Below are positions 55,242-63,570 of a stretch of 63,570 nt of DNA, in pieces (the stretch's first letter is position 1; every line of letters begins with the position of its first letter). The notes under the pieces are model-generated. The model had not been told where the DNA came from and ran no database searches. It saw nothing but the letters and a program-made list of their open reading frames with translations. The translations under genes and the position numbers were made by a program. Where the stretch lies: IMG/VR virus record IMGVR_UViG_3300025423_000018, positions 1-63,570 of that record; one strand, given 5' to 3'. This stretch comes from a virus (lineage: Duplodnaviria; Caudoviricetes).

Positions 55242-57166
55242 GTGTTCCCCCTTCTACCATCAGGTTTTACTTCAATCCTAGGCGTACCAATTTGCCACTG
55301 CAGATTAAGCTGGTTGCCTTCAATTTGGAAAATCAACTGACGTCCACGTAAACGAATAAATACTTGCCCTGTGAACTGCTCAATTGGAGATGTTGCAGTA
55401 CGACTAACCGAAGCAATGTTTGTGCCGCCTTGAGTCTGGGGCGTATTGTATCCTGAACCTGAGTTTTGCAATGGGATCAACGTCATCGTAACTTGTGGGT
55501 TAGATGCAGTGGATTTTCTAAATGTTACATCGGGCAAAATGCGATTGATAAACGCAAAATTAGTACCATACTGGAGATCAAATTCAGAAGACTGAATATA
55601 AGAATCCATAGGGTTGTCAGTTCCAGTTGTATTGTCGTTCAACCCATATTCATGGTAAACAAGCGTATTGTTATAGGTAGCAGCTAAAGGATATGTCAAT
55701 TCGGTTGAATCAATCCAAGCAGTTCTGCCCATCTGTCCGTAATACCAAATGTCGTCCTTGTAGTTATAAATCACATAACTATCAATTGTTGTGCTATTGG
55801 CTGAACAATAGAACCACCATACTTCGTTGTATCCTTCATTGGTTCCAGAAAAGATTTGTTGGCTTTGGTTTAAATTGATGTTTGAAAATATGTACTCTCT
55901 AAGGTCACAACGAAGAGTATCGGTTGTACCGTTGTATTTGTAGAATTTATCAATACCCATCCAATACGTTGTACCTGCAGCAAGAATAGCTGCATTTTGA
56001 CTGACGATTGAAACGTTATCCCCAACAATGTTTGAGCCCCAAACACCCGGCGTGCCTATATATTGGAAAGAATACACAGACGTATCCGTCCAAACAATAA
56101 TCTCCTGCCTATTCTGCACGCAACTGATAATTTGCGAACCACGTGATAGCCTAATGTCTCCAGCTTGATTGGTGGCTGCAGGTGTCCACATGGTCACAGA
56201 TTCTTGATCAGACCAACGAACCAACATAGGATCCTGAGTGCTGGTTCCCAAAGCGTTAGTGCCAAATGCAAACACAAAGCGACTAGCATCGGAGACAAAG
56301 ATAAAATTAGCAATAGTCGGTACATCAGACGCTCCCGACAAAGTTGAAATATTTACCGCAGGAGTAGAAATACTTGAGCTGTAGGCCCAATAATATATGC
56401 CACCACCCCTAGGACAAAAGATTAAATCTTGTCCAAAATTGGATTGGCTCCAAAGCCTCAAAGCTATGGTTGTGGTAACACCTGTACCCCAAGGCCCAGC
56501 ACCCCATGTTCCAGTGCCCCAACCAAACAAAGGTACTTCAATAGCAGGGCCAGTATTGATTTGATATGTAGCAGTTACTGTTCCACCTCCGGGTGAACCC
56601 GCTACGTCGGTTGAATTTGCCGTAGCAGTAGCTACAAATGTATAAGTGTTTGCACTTGTAACTGTAATTTGGTATTGTTGGTTAAGAACACCAGCAGTGA
56701 TGTTTCCACCTAGTCCTGTAGCCCCGCTAAAAGTTACGAAGTCACCTGTGACTGCACCATGTGCAGTAGCTGAAACAGTAATCGTTGCTTGTCCATTAAT
56801 TGCTGTGAATGGATTTGTTAGCGTTGCAGTACCACGTATGGGCGTGATATCAAAATAAGTCCCATTTTTGCTAATATAAAACTTTAAATTGGTTCCTACT
56901 CCAACTAAGCTTGTACCATCTAATGCGGCCCAATTAAATAAAGAACGGCAAATACCCAAGTATGTAATCGTACTGTATGGGTACCAGCCACCTAGTTTTT
57001 CAGGAAATCCTTGTCTAAACCTGACCAATTGGGATTTATACCAACCCCCAGCAATTGAATAGCTGGCCGAGCTTGTGCCTACTTGCGTTGCAGTATATTG
57101 GGTTTGCTCTCGGTTTACTCCGGGGCGAAATACCACCGGCAGCATTTGGTAGGGTTGTGTGGCCAT
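55238..57166 (-). CDS. Tail nozzle / DNA stabilisation protein (P22 gp10 / tubular B-like)
   Basis: 642 aa; VRFR.G.PEK.GGW, VRWSDQE, EVWWFY, YN....WY.G..RTAW beta-propeller-type repeats. Confidence 0.7.
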   Translation of the reverse strand: MATQPYQMLPVVFRPGVNREQTQYTATQVGTSSASYSIAGGWYKSQLVRFRQGFPEKLGGWYPYSTITYLGICRSLFNWAALDGTSLVGVGTNLKFYISKNGTYFDITPIRGTATLTNPFTAINGQATITVSATAHGAVTGDFVTFSGATGLGGNITAGVLNQQYQITVTSANTYTFVATATANSTDVAGSPGGGTVTATYQINTGPAIEVPLFGWGTGTWGAGPWGTGVTTTIALRLWSQSNFGQDLIFCPRGGGIYYWAYSSSISTPAVNISTLSGASDVPTIANFIFVSDASRFVFAFGTNALGTSTQDPMLVRWSDQESVTMWTPAATNQAGDIRLSRGSQIISCVQNRQEIIVWTDTSVYSFQYIGTPGVWGSNIVGDNVSIVSQNAAILAAGTTYWMGIDKFYKYNGTTDTLRCDLREYIFSNINLNQSQQIFSGTNEGYNEVWWFYCSANSTTIDSYVIYNYKDDIWYYGQMGRTAWIDSTELTYPLAATYNNTLVYHEYGLNDNTTGTDNPMDSYIQSSEFDLQYGTNFAFINRILPDVTFRKSTASNPQVTMTLIPLQNSGSGYNTPQTQGGTNIASVSRTATSPIEQFTGQVFIRLRGRQLIFQIEGNQLNLQWQIGTPRIEVKPDGRRGNT

Positions 57167-57180
57167 GCCTTATTCTCTCA

Positions 57181-57777
57181 TTAGGCGCTTAAAACGGCAA
57201 GCGCTTTGCGGGTCAAATCAATCCGCTCATTCAAGCCAAAAAGACCCCCATTTATGCGTTTACAAAGCCCCTCTTCATTACCTGATTCAGCCAGTTGATT
57301 GCATCCATGCGTACCCCAGAACCAGCCCGCACTCATAGCGGCCCACATTGGAGTTGCCACCAATTGGGGATTCATCACAAAATCTTGACCAAGAGCTTGT
57401 CCACAGTGCCAGTAATTATCATGAAAGGTAAGTTGGATGCAGCCTCGTCCGTGGAAGCGATGCCCATCGCCTGACGCCTCGTCTCGATTGCCGCCTCGAT
57501 TGGCGTAAATTCTGTTTGCAATCTTTTCGGGATTGTGGGCGTAAAGATCAATTTCTCCGGGCTTGAATTTATGACCGAACAGCTTTTGAAGGGTCTCGGC
57601 TCGATAGTTGAGGTTTTCTTCCAGTGTTTTGAAATGGTTGCACTCGTGAGAGCACTGTCCGATAAATGCGGCCTGTTCTTTGACGGTAAAAATGGTGAAC
57701 TTTTGGATAGTTGCATTCAGTGGTTCCACCCATTCTGGCCCAATTTGAAGAGCATGAAGTTTCTCTGCTGTAATCAT
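57181..57777 (-). CDS. Endolysin, glycoside hydrolase family 19
   Basis: AAFIGQCSHEC, LEENLNY, GRGCIQLT..DNY, SAGWFW, KRINGG. Confidence 0.92.
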   Translation of the reverse strand: MITAEKLHALQIGPEWVEPLNATIQKFTIFTVKEQAAFIGQCSHECNHFKTLEENLNYRAETLQKLFGHKFKPGEIDLYAHNPEKIANRIYANRGGNRDEASGDGHRFHGRGCIQLTFHDNYWHCGQALGQDFVMNPQLVATPMWAAMSAGWFWGTHGCNQLAESGNEEGLCKRINGGLFGLNERIDLTRKALAVLSA

Positions 57778-58346
57778 TTCACACCTTCATTCACGGTTTC
57801 CATCACTTGGTTGTAGCGGGCGATGCAGGAGTTGTAGCTGACGATGGCGCTGTCTCCGTCGGCTGCGATTTGGACAATATCTTTAATAGCCTGTCGCTCA
57901 GATTCGGCTCTAGCGGCTCCATCCCCAGAGGTGGCACCTGAATTGGCTTGTACACCACAGGAGGTGGGGAGGCGCAGCTCGCCAGAGTCAATGCGAGCAT
58001 TAATGCTAGCTTGCTTTGTTTTGATATCATCTTTGGCCTTCTTCAGTTGGGTGGCTGCTTTGGCGAGTCGTCCGTTGAGTTCTGCTTCTTTTGCGCGAGC
58101 TTCTGTATTAAGTCGCTCAATTTCTGCTTTATCTTCTGCAACTCTTCTTTCATAGCCGTGAATATTAGAAACATAACTTGCTCCTGTAAAAGATAAAAGA
58201 ACCCCACCGATTTGAATCAGCAGGGCATAAGTTGCCACAACGGGCAAGATTCTGGCGAAAAAACTCAAAAAGTAAAGTACCGCGCCACCAAACAAAGCGC
58301 CAAGCGCCAAGTAATAAAGGATATTCCCAAATAGCAAACCGATCAT
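57774..58346 (-). CDS. Rz: Inner-membrane spanin (Rz-like)
   Basis: N-terminal TMs, coiled coil, G.LRL...C, C-terminal YNSC..RY. Confidence 0.8.
   Translation of the reverse strand: MIGLLFGNILYYLALGALFGGAVLYFLSFFARILPVVATYALLIQIGGVLLSFTGASYVSNIHGYERRVAEDKAEIERLNTEARAKEAELNGRLAKAATQLKKAKDDIKTKQASINARIDSGELRLPTSCGVQANSGATSGDGAARAESERQAIKDIVQIAADGDSAIVSYNSCIARYNQVMETVNEGVK
57803..58030 (-). CDS. Rz1: Outer-membrane spanin lipoprotein (Rz1-like), embedded in another frame
   Basis: Lipobox LALTLASC followed by Pro-rich segment; fully nested in Rz. Confidence 0.8.
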   Translation of the reverse strand: MISKQSKLALMLALTLASCASPPPVVYKPIQVPPLGMEPLEPNLSDRLLKILSKSQPTETAPSSATTPASPATTK

Positions 58347-58816
58347 ATTGCCTCCCGTCGGGCAGCCGCCATGCGCTCACGTTCTTCTTCGTGCTCTAGC
58401 GTCGGCGGTGTTGTGGGTGGGGGAGGTGGTGTCCAAGCTGTTCCGGGGTCAATGCTGTAGCCCGCCATCGAGTTGTTGCCCGATTGGTTAAATTGCGTGG
58501 CCATAGGGGAATACCCTATAGACTGCCCCATCATGGGTTGCCCCATGCATGGATTGTATGGTGGTTGTATGGGTGCGGGGGGCGTTGGAGATTTGCCTGT
58601 CAATACTAAGCTCAGCACTGTGAATATTTGCGCCATCGTCATGGATAGAATCGCAATGATGGCTTTATCAGCAGGGGCCTCAATGAACAAAGGCTGTTCA
58701 GTAAACACAATACCGTAGGCAAGAAGCGTTGCCACCATCACCATCACAAAACACATGGTTTTGAGAATGAAGGACTTGGTTTCGTAGTCCAGTTGTTCAG
58801 GGGTTTTGTGTGCCAT
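58343..58816 (-). CDS. Two-TM membrane protein (holin candidate; likely start 58816)
   Basis: TMs FVMVMVATLLAYGIVF and IIAILSMTMAQIFTVLSLVL; Pro-rich tail; lysis cassette. Confidence 0.6.
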   Translation of the reverse strand: MAHKTPEQLDYETKSFILKTMCFVMVMVATLLAYGIVFTEQPLFIEAPADKAIIAILSMTMAQIFTVLSLVLTGKSPTPPAPIQPPYNPCMGQPMMGQSIGYSPMATQFNQSGNNSMAGYSIDPGTAWTPPPPPTTPPTLEHEEERERMAAARREAI

Positions 58817-58970
58817 TTTTCGGTTTGTTGAAATATTCCGGACAATTCTGCGCAGCCACGCAATAAGGCGGTTTGCAGTCCTCTTGCTCCCAGTTTTTAG
58901 GATCCTGACAATGGTATCTGTAGCGGTCTTCACAGGACACCAACAAAAGAGTTAAAAGTAGCCACTTCAT
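58797..58970 (-). CDS. Small Cys-rich lipoprotein (57 aa)
   Basis: Not in ORF track; MKWLLLTLLLVSC-EDRYRYHCQDPKNW...CKPPYC...NCPEY; lipobox; ATGA-coupled. Confidence 0.8.
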   Translation of the reverse strand: MKWLLLTLLLVSCEDRYRYHCQDPKNWEQEDCKPPYCVAAQNCPEYFNKPKNGTQNP

Positions 58971-59209
58971 TTTCCTTCAATCCTTGTCAAAGCTTTGTTG
59001 ACCCTGAGTTCCATTTGCCTCACATCCACATACATCCAAGCGATCAGTGGAATCAACAATAACAAAATAACCAACAGAAGAATAATCAGTAGGATGGCGA
59101 GTGAGTCAGACTTATTATCATCAGCCATATCCACATTAGCATCAGCACTGTAATTGCTGAAGCCACCATTCTTCCCCTGATTAGATCTGCCTTTTGCCGC
59201 CGTTGCCAT
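58967..59209 (-). CDS. Single-TM membrane protein
   Basis: LAILLIILLLVILLLLIPLIAWMY; overlaps the end of the upstream gene. Confidence 0.6.
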   Translation of the reverse strand: MATAAKGRSNQGKNGGFSNYSADANVDMADDNKSDSLAILLIILLLVILLLLIPLIAWMYVDVRQMELRVNKALTRIEGK

Positions 59210-59802
59210 TTTGCCCTACGCTCCTTCAGCATTTCTTCCCGTCTTGCAAGCGCCTGCACATTGGCAATGTGACCGATTTGCTGATTGACCCGAGTATACA
59301 AGTCCTTTAATTCATGTGGGACGTGGTACACCATGTAGTCACTCAGCTCCTGATTCAGCTTCTCCATCTGCAAATTGGCAATCGTGATCTTGATTGCAGC
59401 CTCTTGGCCTTCATCGTTATTTGCATGGAGAGCAAATTCTTCCTGTTCTTTGACGTAATTCTTCAGCGAGTTATACGCTTGGAAGAACTTGATGAGAGCA
59501 TCACTGACCTGTTGGTAAATGAGGTTCTCATCAAACTCTGGAGGAGGCTCTTTCTTTTTCTTGACCTTCTTGGCGGGTTGAGCAACTTGTGGCTGCTCTT
59601 CCTCTTTCTTGCCAAATACGGCGCTCAAGAACCCAAGAAGACCTTTGGCTTTCTTTTGTACTGCCTTAACGTCTTTGACAACTCCATCAATTTCATGGGC
59701 AACGTCAGTAATAATCTGGCGCCCTTCTTTGTACATCTCGCAAGCATCTTTGCAGAGCTTGAAAGCCCCGCTTGCAAGTGCGACAAGTGTGAAGGGATCC
59801 AC
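59086..59802 (-). CDS. Membrane-anchored coiled-coil protein
   Basis: MDPFTLVALA.., C-terminal TM. Confidence 0.75.
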   Translation of the reverse strand: MDPFTLVALASGAFKLCKDACEMYKEGRQIITDVAHEIDGVVKDVKAVQKKAKGLLGFLSAVFGKKEEEQPQVAQPAKKVKKKKEPPPEFDENLIYQQVSDALIKFFQAYNSLKNYVKEQEEFALHANNDEGQEAAIKITIANLQMEKLNQELSDYMVYHVPHELKDLYTRVNQQIGHIANVQALARREEMLKERRAKWQRRQKADLIRGRMVASAITVLMLMWIWLMIISLTHSPSY

Positions 59803-59805
59803 ATA

Positions 59806-59991
59806 TTACTTCTTCAGCTTGCCCAAAGTCTTGGCCAGATTTGCCATCTTTGCCACTTTAGGGTTTGTTGATTTGGCGGCTTTTGCCATTTTCTTAGCGG
59901 GGATTTTCTCCCCTTCAGGCACGCCCAGCGCTTTGTGAAGAGCGCCTTTGTGCTTGGGATTGATGGCTTTCTGTATCCACTTAGTTGCCAT
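59806..59991 (-). CDS. Small basic protein (likely start 59991)
   Basis: WIQKAI..KGALHKALGVP.G.KIP..LAKTL. Confidence 0.75.
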   Translation of the reverse strand: MATKWIQKAINPKHKGALHKALGVPEGEKIPAKKMAKAAKSTNPKVAKMANLAKTLGKLKK

Positions 59992-60139
59992 TTGGGGCCT
60001 CAGCTGGAGCAGTTTGTTGCGCTTGAGCTTCTTTTTCAATTGCGCCAATCAAACCAGCCACTTCTTGGAAAGGACGAGTGGCAAGGTATGCAACGAGATT
60101 GTTGATGAGTTGTGAGGATAAAGTGATTTTGTCCATCAT
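59981..60139 (-). CDS. Small protein after tail fibre (putative assembly chaperone)
   Basis: Not in ORF track; MMDKITLSSQLINNLVAYLATRPFQEVAGLI; coupled on both sides. Confidence 0.65.
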   Translation of the reverse strand: MMDKITLSSQLINNLVAYLATRPFQEVAGLIGAIEKEAQAQQTAPAEAPNGN

Positions 60140-60366
60140 GCTACCTTTGCAATCGCTGCGTGGAATGGAGACAAGTCTTGGGTTGTCCAGTAGGTTTTAG
60201 CTACCATGATTTCTAAATGTGTTTTGTTTCTTTGCAAAGTGGCTGCCCAGTCTGCGTCGGTTTCGTTCTCGGGCTTTGCGCCGTTGATGAGGTTTACGGA
60301 GTCCATTGCGGCGCTATAGTGCTTGGCAATCTCTTCTGCGGTTGGTTGTTCTACGATGTCTGTCAT
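60136..60366 (-). CDS. Tail fibre-associated hypothetical protein
   Basis: 76 aa; AGGAG RBS. Confidence 0.7.
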   Translation of the reverse strand: MTDIVEQPTAEEIAKHYSAAMDSVNLINGAKPENETDADWAATLQRNKTHLEIMVAKTYWTTQDLSPFHAAIAKVA

Positions 60367-60367
60367 T

Positions 60368-63300
60368 TTAAGCTCCTACTTTCTGTTTAAGGGAATTAAC
60401 TTCTGCCGAGAGTTCTTTTACTGCGTTGATCAGATGCCAAGTGATGTTACTTGTATCTACAGACAAAACCCCTGTGCTTTCTTGCTTTACGCAGTCTGGT
60501 AATACTTGTTGAAGTTCTTGAGCTATTACGCCCAACTGTGTGCCAGTAATGTTAACTGCATTTTGTTTAGGTAAATCCGTTACCTCATCCTCGGTACGAT
60601 ACTCAAAGTTACGGACACGAACTTGATTGATTGCGTCTAGTCCAACTGTGTTGTCTACGATGTTTTTCTTTAGGCGTTGGTCTGATGTGGTTGACCATGT
60701 GGATGAGTTGTTGCCTTGATATACACCACCAGTTCCAGGTGCTATAAATCCTGTGTTAGAACCTTTGCCAGATTGTGAGTTTGTACCAATTACAATTTCA
60801 TTTGTAACATTGGAAGCATTTGCTTGAACGCCACTTCCAACATAAACACCATAATATCCTGTGTTTAAATTTGAACCAGCATTTGCTCCAACACAAACTA
60901 CTGAACCTACTGTTGAATTTAATCCTGCACCTTGTCCAATATAAGTTCCTGAACCACCTGTTTGGTTGTAATATCCAGCTTGAAATCCTACTGCTACATT
61001 GTTAGATGCTGTAGTATTGCCAAATAATGCTTGATTTCCAATAGCAGTGTTATAACTGCCTGTTGTAGCATAAACCAAAGCAGCTGCGCCAAAAGCAGCG
61101 TTATAGGTGCCAGTTGTAATTTTTTGTGCGGCAATTGCACCAAAAAATGTTGAATCACTTGCGGTTGTTACAGCGGTTCCAGCATTATAACCAAAAAACG
61201 TAGAACCATAATTATCGGATGTGTTGTTGTACGCATAACCAGCTTTATAACCAACTGATGTAATTGGGCCACCTGTTGTATTACTATAACCAGCCTGATA
61301 CCCTACAGCTGTGTTATTAGATGCTGTGGTGTTGGCTTGAAGTGCGCTTGTGCCCAATGCAACATTATTGCCACCACTTGTATTGTAAATACCAGCAGAA
61401 TCACCTACATAAGTATTATTGCTTCCAGAATTGGTTGAGCCATAACCTACACCAGCATTTCTACCTATCAATACATTTTGATTGCCTGATGTTGCATTTT
61501 GACCAGCACCATAACCAACAAACACAGAACTACCACCAGTTGCGTTATACCCTGCTAGATAACCAAGTGCGGTACTATAAGATGCTGTGGTGTTGGAAAC
61601 AAGAGCTTGATAGCCTACAGCAATGTTATTATTGCCTGTGGTGTTGTATTCAAGAGCATCTGTTCCTATGGCAACATTGTACGAACCAGTGGTATTGTAA
61701 TAAAGTGCAGAATTACCAAAAGCCTGATTAAAGCCACCAGTTGTATTTGTTCTTAATGCGCCAGTACCGAATGCTTCATTGCTAGAAGTTCCAGTAGTGT
61801 TTGAATATAACGCTTGATAACCTACTGCTGTATTATTAGAAGATGTGGTGTTGTTTCTTAAAGAATCTTTACCAATAGCAGTATTATATGAACCTGTTGT
61901 ATTTGGGTATAAAGCACCTAGGCCCATCGCCACATTGTATGTGCCTGTAGTGTTTGAATATAAAGCAACAGCACCAAAAGCACTATTTCCATCTACTGTG
62001 CTTGAATAACCAGCTTGATAACCAAAAAATGCTGAAGCTGTGCCTGTTTGGTTTGAATATCCCGCCTGATAACCTACTGCTGTGTTGTTAGATGCTGTGG
62101 TGTTTGATGCTAAAGCACCATTACCTAAACCTGTGTTATAAGAACCTGTGGTTGTGCTGTAACCAGTTGACAAAGCAGAACCATATAAACCACTACCAAA
62201 AAACGCATTTGCACTACCAGTAGTAATTTTATTTCCTGCAAAATAACCAACAACAGTATTATCTGTTCCTGTTGTTGCTGTATATAAAGCTCCACTACCA
62301 ATTGCAGTTGAACGACCTGTTCCAGTTGTAACAGAAAATCCTGATTGATACCCAACAAATACATTATCTGATGATGTGGTTATACTGTAACCAGATGTAT
62401 AGCCAAGAGCCGTATTGTTTGATGCAGTAGTACTAGAAGTTAATGCTTGATATCCAACAGCTACAGCATAATTACCACTTGAGTTAATTGCCAAAGCATT
62501 TGTGCCTATTGCAGTATTACTTGCTACCGCACCACCACCCAATCCAACAGTCAATCCATGAATGGACGCATCATTAGCCATCGTAACTGTACCTGCGCTG
62601 CTGATCGTCATAGCGTCAGTTGTGCCGCTATTTGTTACAAAGTGAATTGCGTTGGATGTTGTTGTACCAATCGCCAAATCGCCAGAGGTGGATGTCAAAT
62701 ACACCGCGTTGGCAGCGTTGAATGCACCGGAGCCTGTAAACCCAGATGAGTTCATACCAAAGTCACCGTAATAAGTGGTGGCCGTGGTGTTGTTGTTGCC
62801 TACGATGAAGTCTGAAGAAGCTGTAGAACCAGAGTTTGAGTTCTGGTTAACGATCTGTGAGTATGTGTTAACGCTGGTCTGAAAAGACGCAAGGATGTTT
62901 GTGTCTGTGAATGTTAAGTTACCAACAACAGTGGACACGCCTTGGAAATCAGAACCATTCCAAATCAAAGTGGCTGAAGCACCGGGAGGAATAGATACAC
63001 CTGTTGTGGCTGATCCGTTGACGATTGTGTTGTATCCACCAGTGGTCTGGTTGATGACTCGGTAAATGCGGCTTGAACTTGGCGCAGTAATTGTGCGAAG
63101 CGCTGTTCTGGCTCCCGTCAAAATCAAAGTGGGATATTGAGCAACACCGCTAGAAGTTGATGTCGTGGTTGTCGAGCCAAAGCTTGACGCATTGCTTCCG
63201 TTAGAAACAGACAGTGTTACATTGCCGTCGTACGAAATGGTATTAGAGCCAACGATTGAAACCTCAATAAGCTGAGTTGTTCCGTTGTTGATGTCGTCGC

Positions 63301-63370
63301 CCCAGACGCCACTCTCAGAACCTGTGGCCGGTTGGTTTAAACCCAATAGCGTTGTGTTTGCGTATGTCAT
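60368..63370 (-). CDS. Tail fibre/spike with C-terminal intramolecular chaperone (peptidase S74)
   Basis: N-terminal GSESGVWG...N; many 14-aa NTAVGYQAL.SNTT repeats; SDQRLKKNI, GVIAQE, LINAVKEL. Confidence 0.92.
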   Translation of the reverse strand: MTYANTTLLGLNQPATGSESGVWGDDINNGTTQLIEVSIVGSNTISYDGNVTLSVSNGSNASSFGSTTTTSTSSGVAQYPTLILTGARTALRTITAPSSSRIYRVINQTTGGYNTIVNGSATTGVSIPPGASATLIWNGSDFQGVSTVVGNLTFTDTNILASFQTSVNTYSQIVNQNSNSGSTASSDFIVGNNNTTATTYYGDFGMNSSGFTGSGAFNAANAVYLTSTSGDLAIGTTTSNAIHFVTNSGTTDAMTISSAGTVTMANDASIHGLTVGLGGGAVASNTAIGTNALAINSSGNYAVAVGYQALTSSTTASNNTALGYTSGYSITTSSDNVFVGYQSGFSVTTGTGRSTAIGSGALYTATTGTDNTVVGYFAGNKITTGSANAFFGSGLYGSALSTGYSTTTGSYNTGLGNGALASNTTASNNTAVGYQAGYSNQTGTASAFFGYQAGYSSTVDGNSAFGAVALYSNTTGTYNVAMGLGALYPNTTGSYNTAIGKDSLRNNTTSSNNTAVGYQALYSNTTGTSSNEAFGTGALRTNTTGGFNQAFGNSALYYNTTGSYNVAIGTDALEYNTTGNNNIAVGYQALVSNTTASYSTALGYLAGYNATGGSSVFVGYGAGQNATSGNQNVLIGRNAGVGYGSTNSGSNNTYVGDSAGIYNTSGGNNVALGTSALQANTTASNNTAVGYQAGYSNTTGGPITSVGYKAGYAYNNTSDNYGSTFFGYNAGTAVTTASDSTFFGAIAAQKITTGTYNAAFGAAALVYATTGSYNTAIGNQALFGNTTASNNVAVGFQAGYYNQTGGSGTYIGQGAGLNSTVGSVVCVGANAGSNLNTGYYGVYVGSGVQANASNVTNEIVIGTNSQSGKGSNTGFIAPGTGGVYQGNNSSTWSTTSDQRLKKNIVDNTVGLDAINQVRVRNFEYRTEDEVTDLPKQNAVNITGTQLGVIAQELQQVLPDCVKQESTGVLSVDTSNITWHLINAVKELSAEVNSLKQKVGA

Positions 63371-63373
63371 GTT

Positions 63374-63570
63374 TTATCCTGTTGAAATCACTGTCCAATT
63401 CGGCGTTTCACTGTCATCAATTGTAGACCAGCCGGGAGTCTGTGCGTCCCCAATATTTTGCCACGAAGGAGTCTGGCTGTCATCAATTAAACTCCAGTAA
63501 ACTGCAACCATATTACCCACTTGGCCAGATACCGTGACCCCTACAAGTTGAGCTGTTCTAGCCCCCATCG
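63374..63570 (-). CDS. C-terminal part of the structural protein starting at 729
   Basis: Open from the window end; LVGVTVSGQVG unit then W..IDDSQTP.W repeats; directly upstream of the tail fibre. Confidence 0.75.
   Translation of the reverse strand, partial: MGARTAQLVGVTVSGQVGNMVAVYWSLIDDSQTPSWQNIGDAQTPGWSTIDDSETPNWTVISTG

Larger units (their letters stand above)
1..63570. mobile_element. Near-complete tailed dsDNA bacteriophage genome (podovirus-like gene content)
   Basis: TerL, portal, scaffold, MCP, tail, lysis and replication modules in two oppositely transcribed arms; no host housekeeping genes; no tape measure or sheath recognised. Confidence 0.96.

Noticed and set aside
58817-58933. 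ORF-track N-terminal extension of 58343..58933
   Set aside because: Region is better explained by the lipoprotein ORF 58970..58797 in another frame
60368-63370. Diversity-generating retroelement acting on the tail fibre
   Set aside because: No reverse transcriptase and no TR/VR pair with adenine-specific differences seen
1-63570. Alternative genetic code or stop-codon reassignment
   Set aside because: Long genes are intact under the standard code and TAA, TAG and TGA all end genes

Overview
The window is an almost complete ~63.6-kb tailed dsDNA phage genome with podovirus-like architecture. Spanins and sigma70-type promoters indicate a Gram-negative host. It is opened inside one structural gene whose N-terminus is at 729->1 and whose C-terminus is at 63570->63374. 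The minus-strand late arm (19.7 kb->1, then 63.6->41.1 kb) carries TerS/TerL, portal, a GT60-like polypeptide GlcNAc transferase, GroES, scaffold, a Mu gpT-like major capsid protein, two free-standing homing endonucleases, a cluster of small Lys/His-rich proteins, tail proteins, an S74-chaperone tail fibre, a lysis cassette and large putative ejection proteins, one of them mucin-like. The plus-strand early/middle arm (20.1-41.0 kb) carries an AAA+ ATPase/vWA-metallopeptidase pair, many small ORFs, VRR-NUC, family A DNA polymerase, a Cas4-like nuclease, SNF2 helicase, a putative SSB, an HTH protein and a primase-helicase. I saw no integrase, tRNA or CRISPR array. The main leads are: (1) a candidate phage-encoded mucin-type O-glycosylation system; (2) 11 copies of the palindrome TAACAWTGTTA confined to the early region, some inside genes; (3) a five-helix, doubly pseudoknotted non-coding RNA candidate at 29.5 kb; (4) the scaffold C-terminal motif reused in two non-structural proteins; (5) a recurrent [MYFL]-x-x-G-G motif in putative internal proteins. 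All calls come from reading the sequence by eye; no searches were run.
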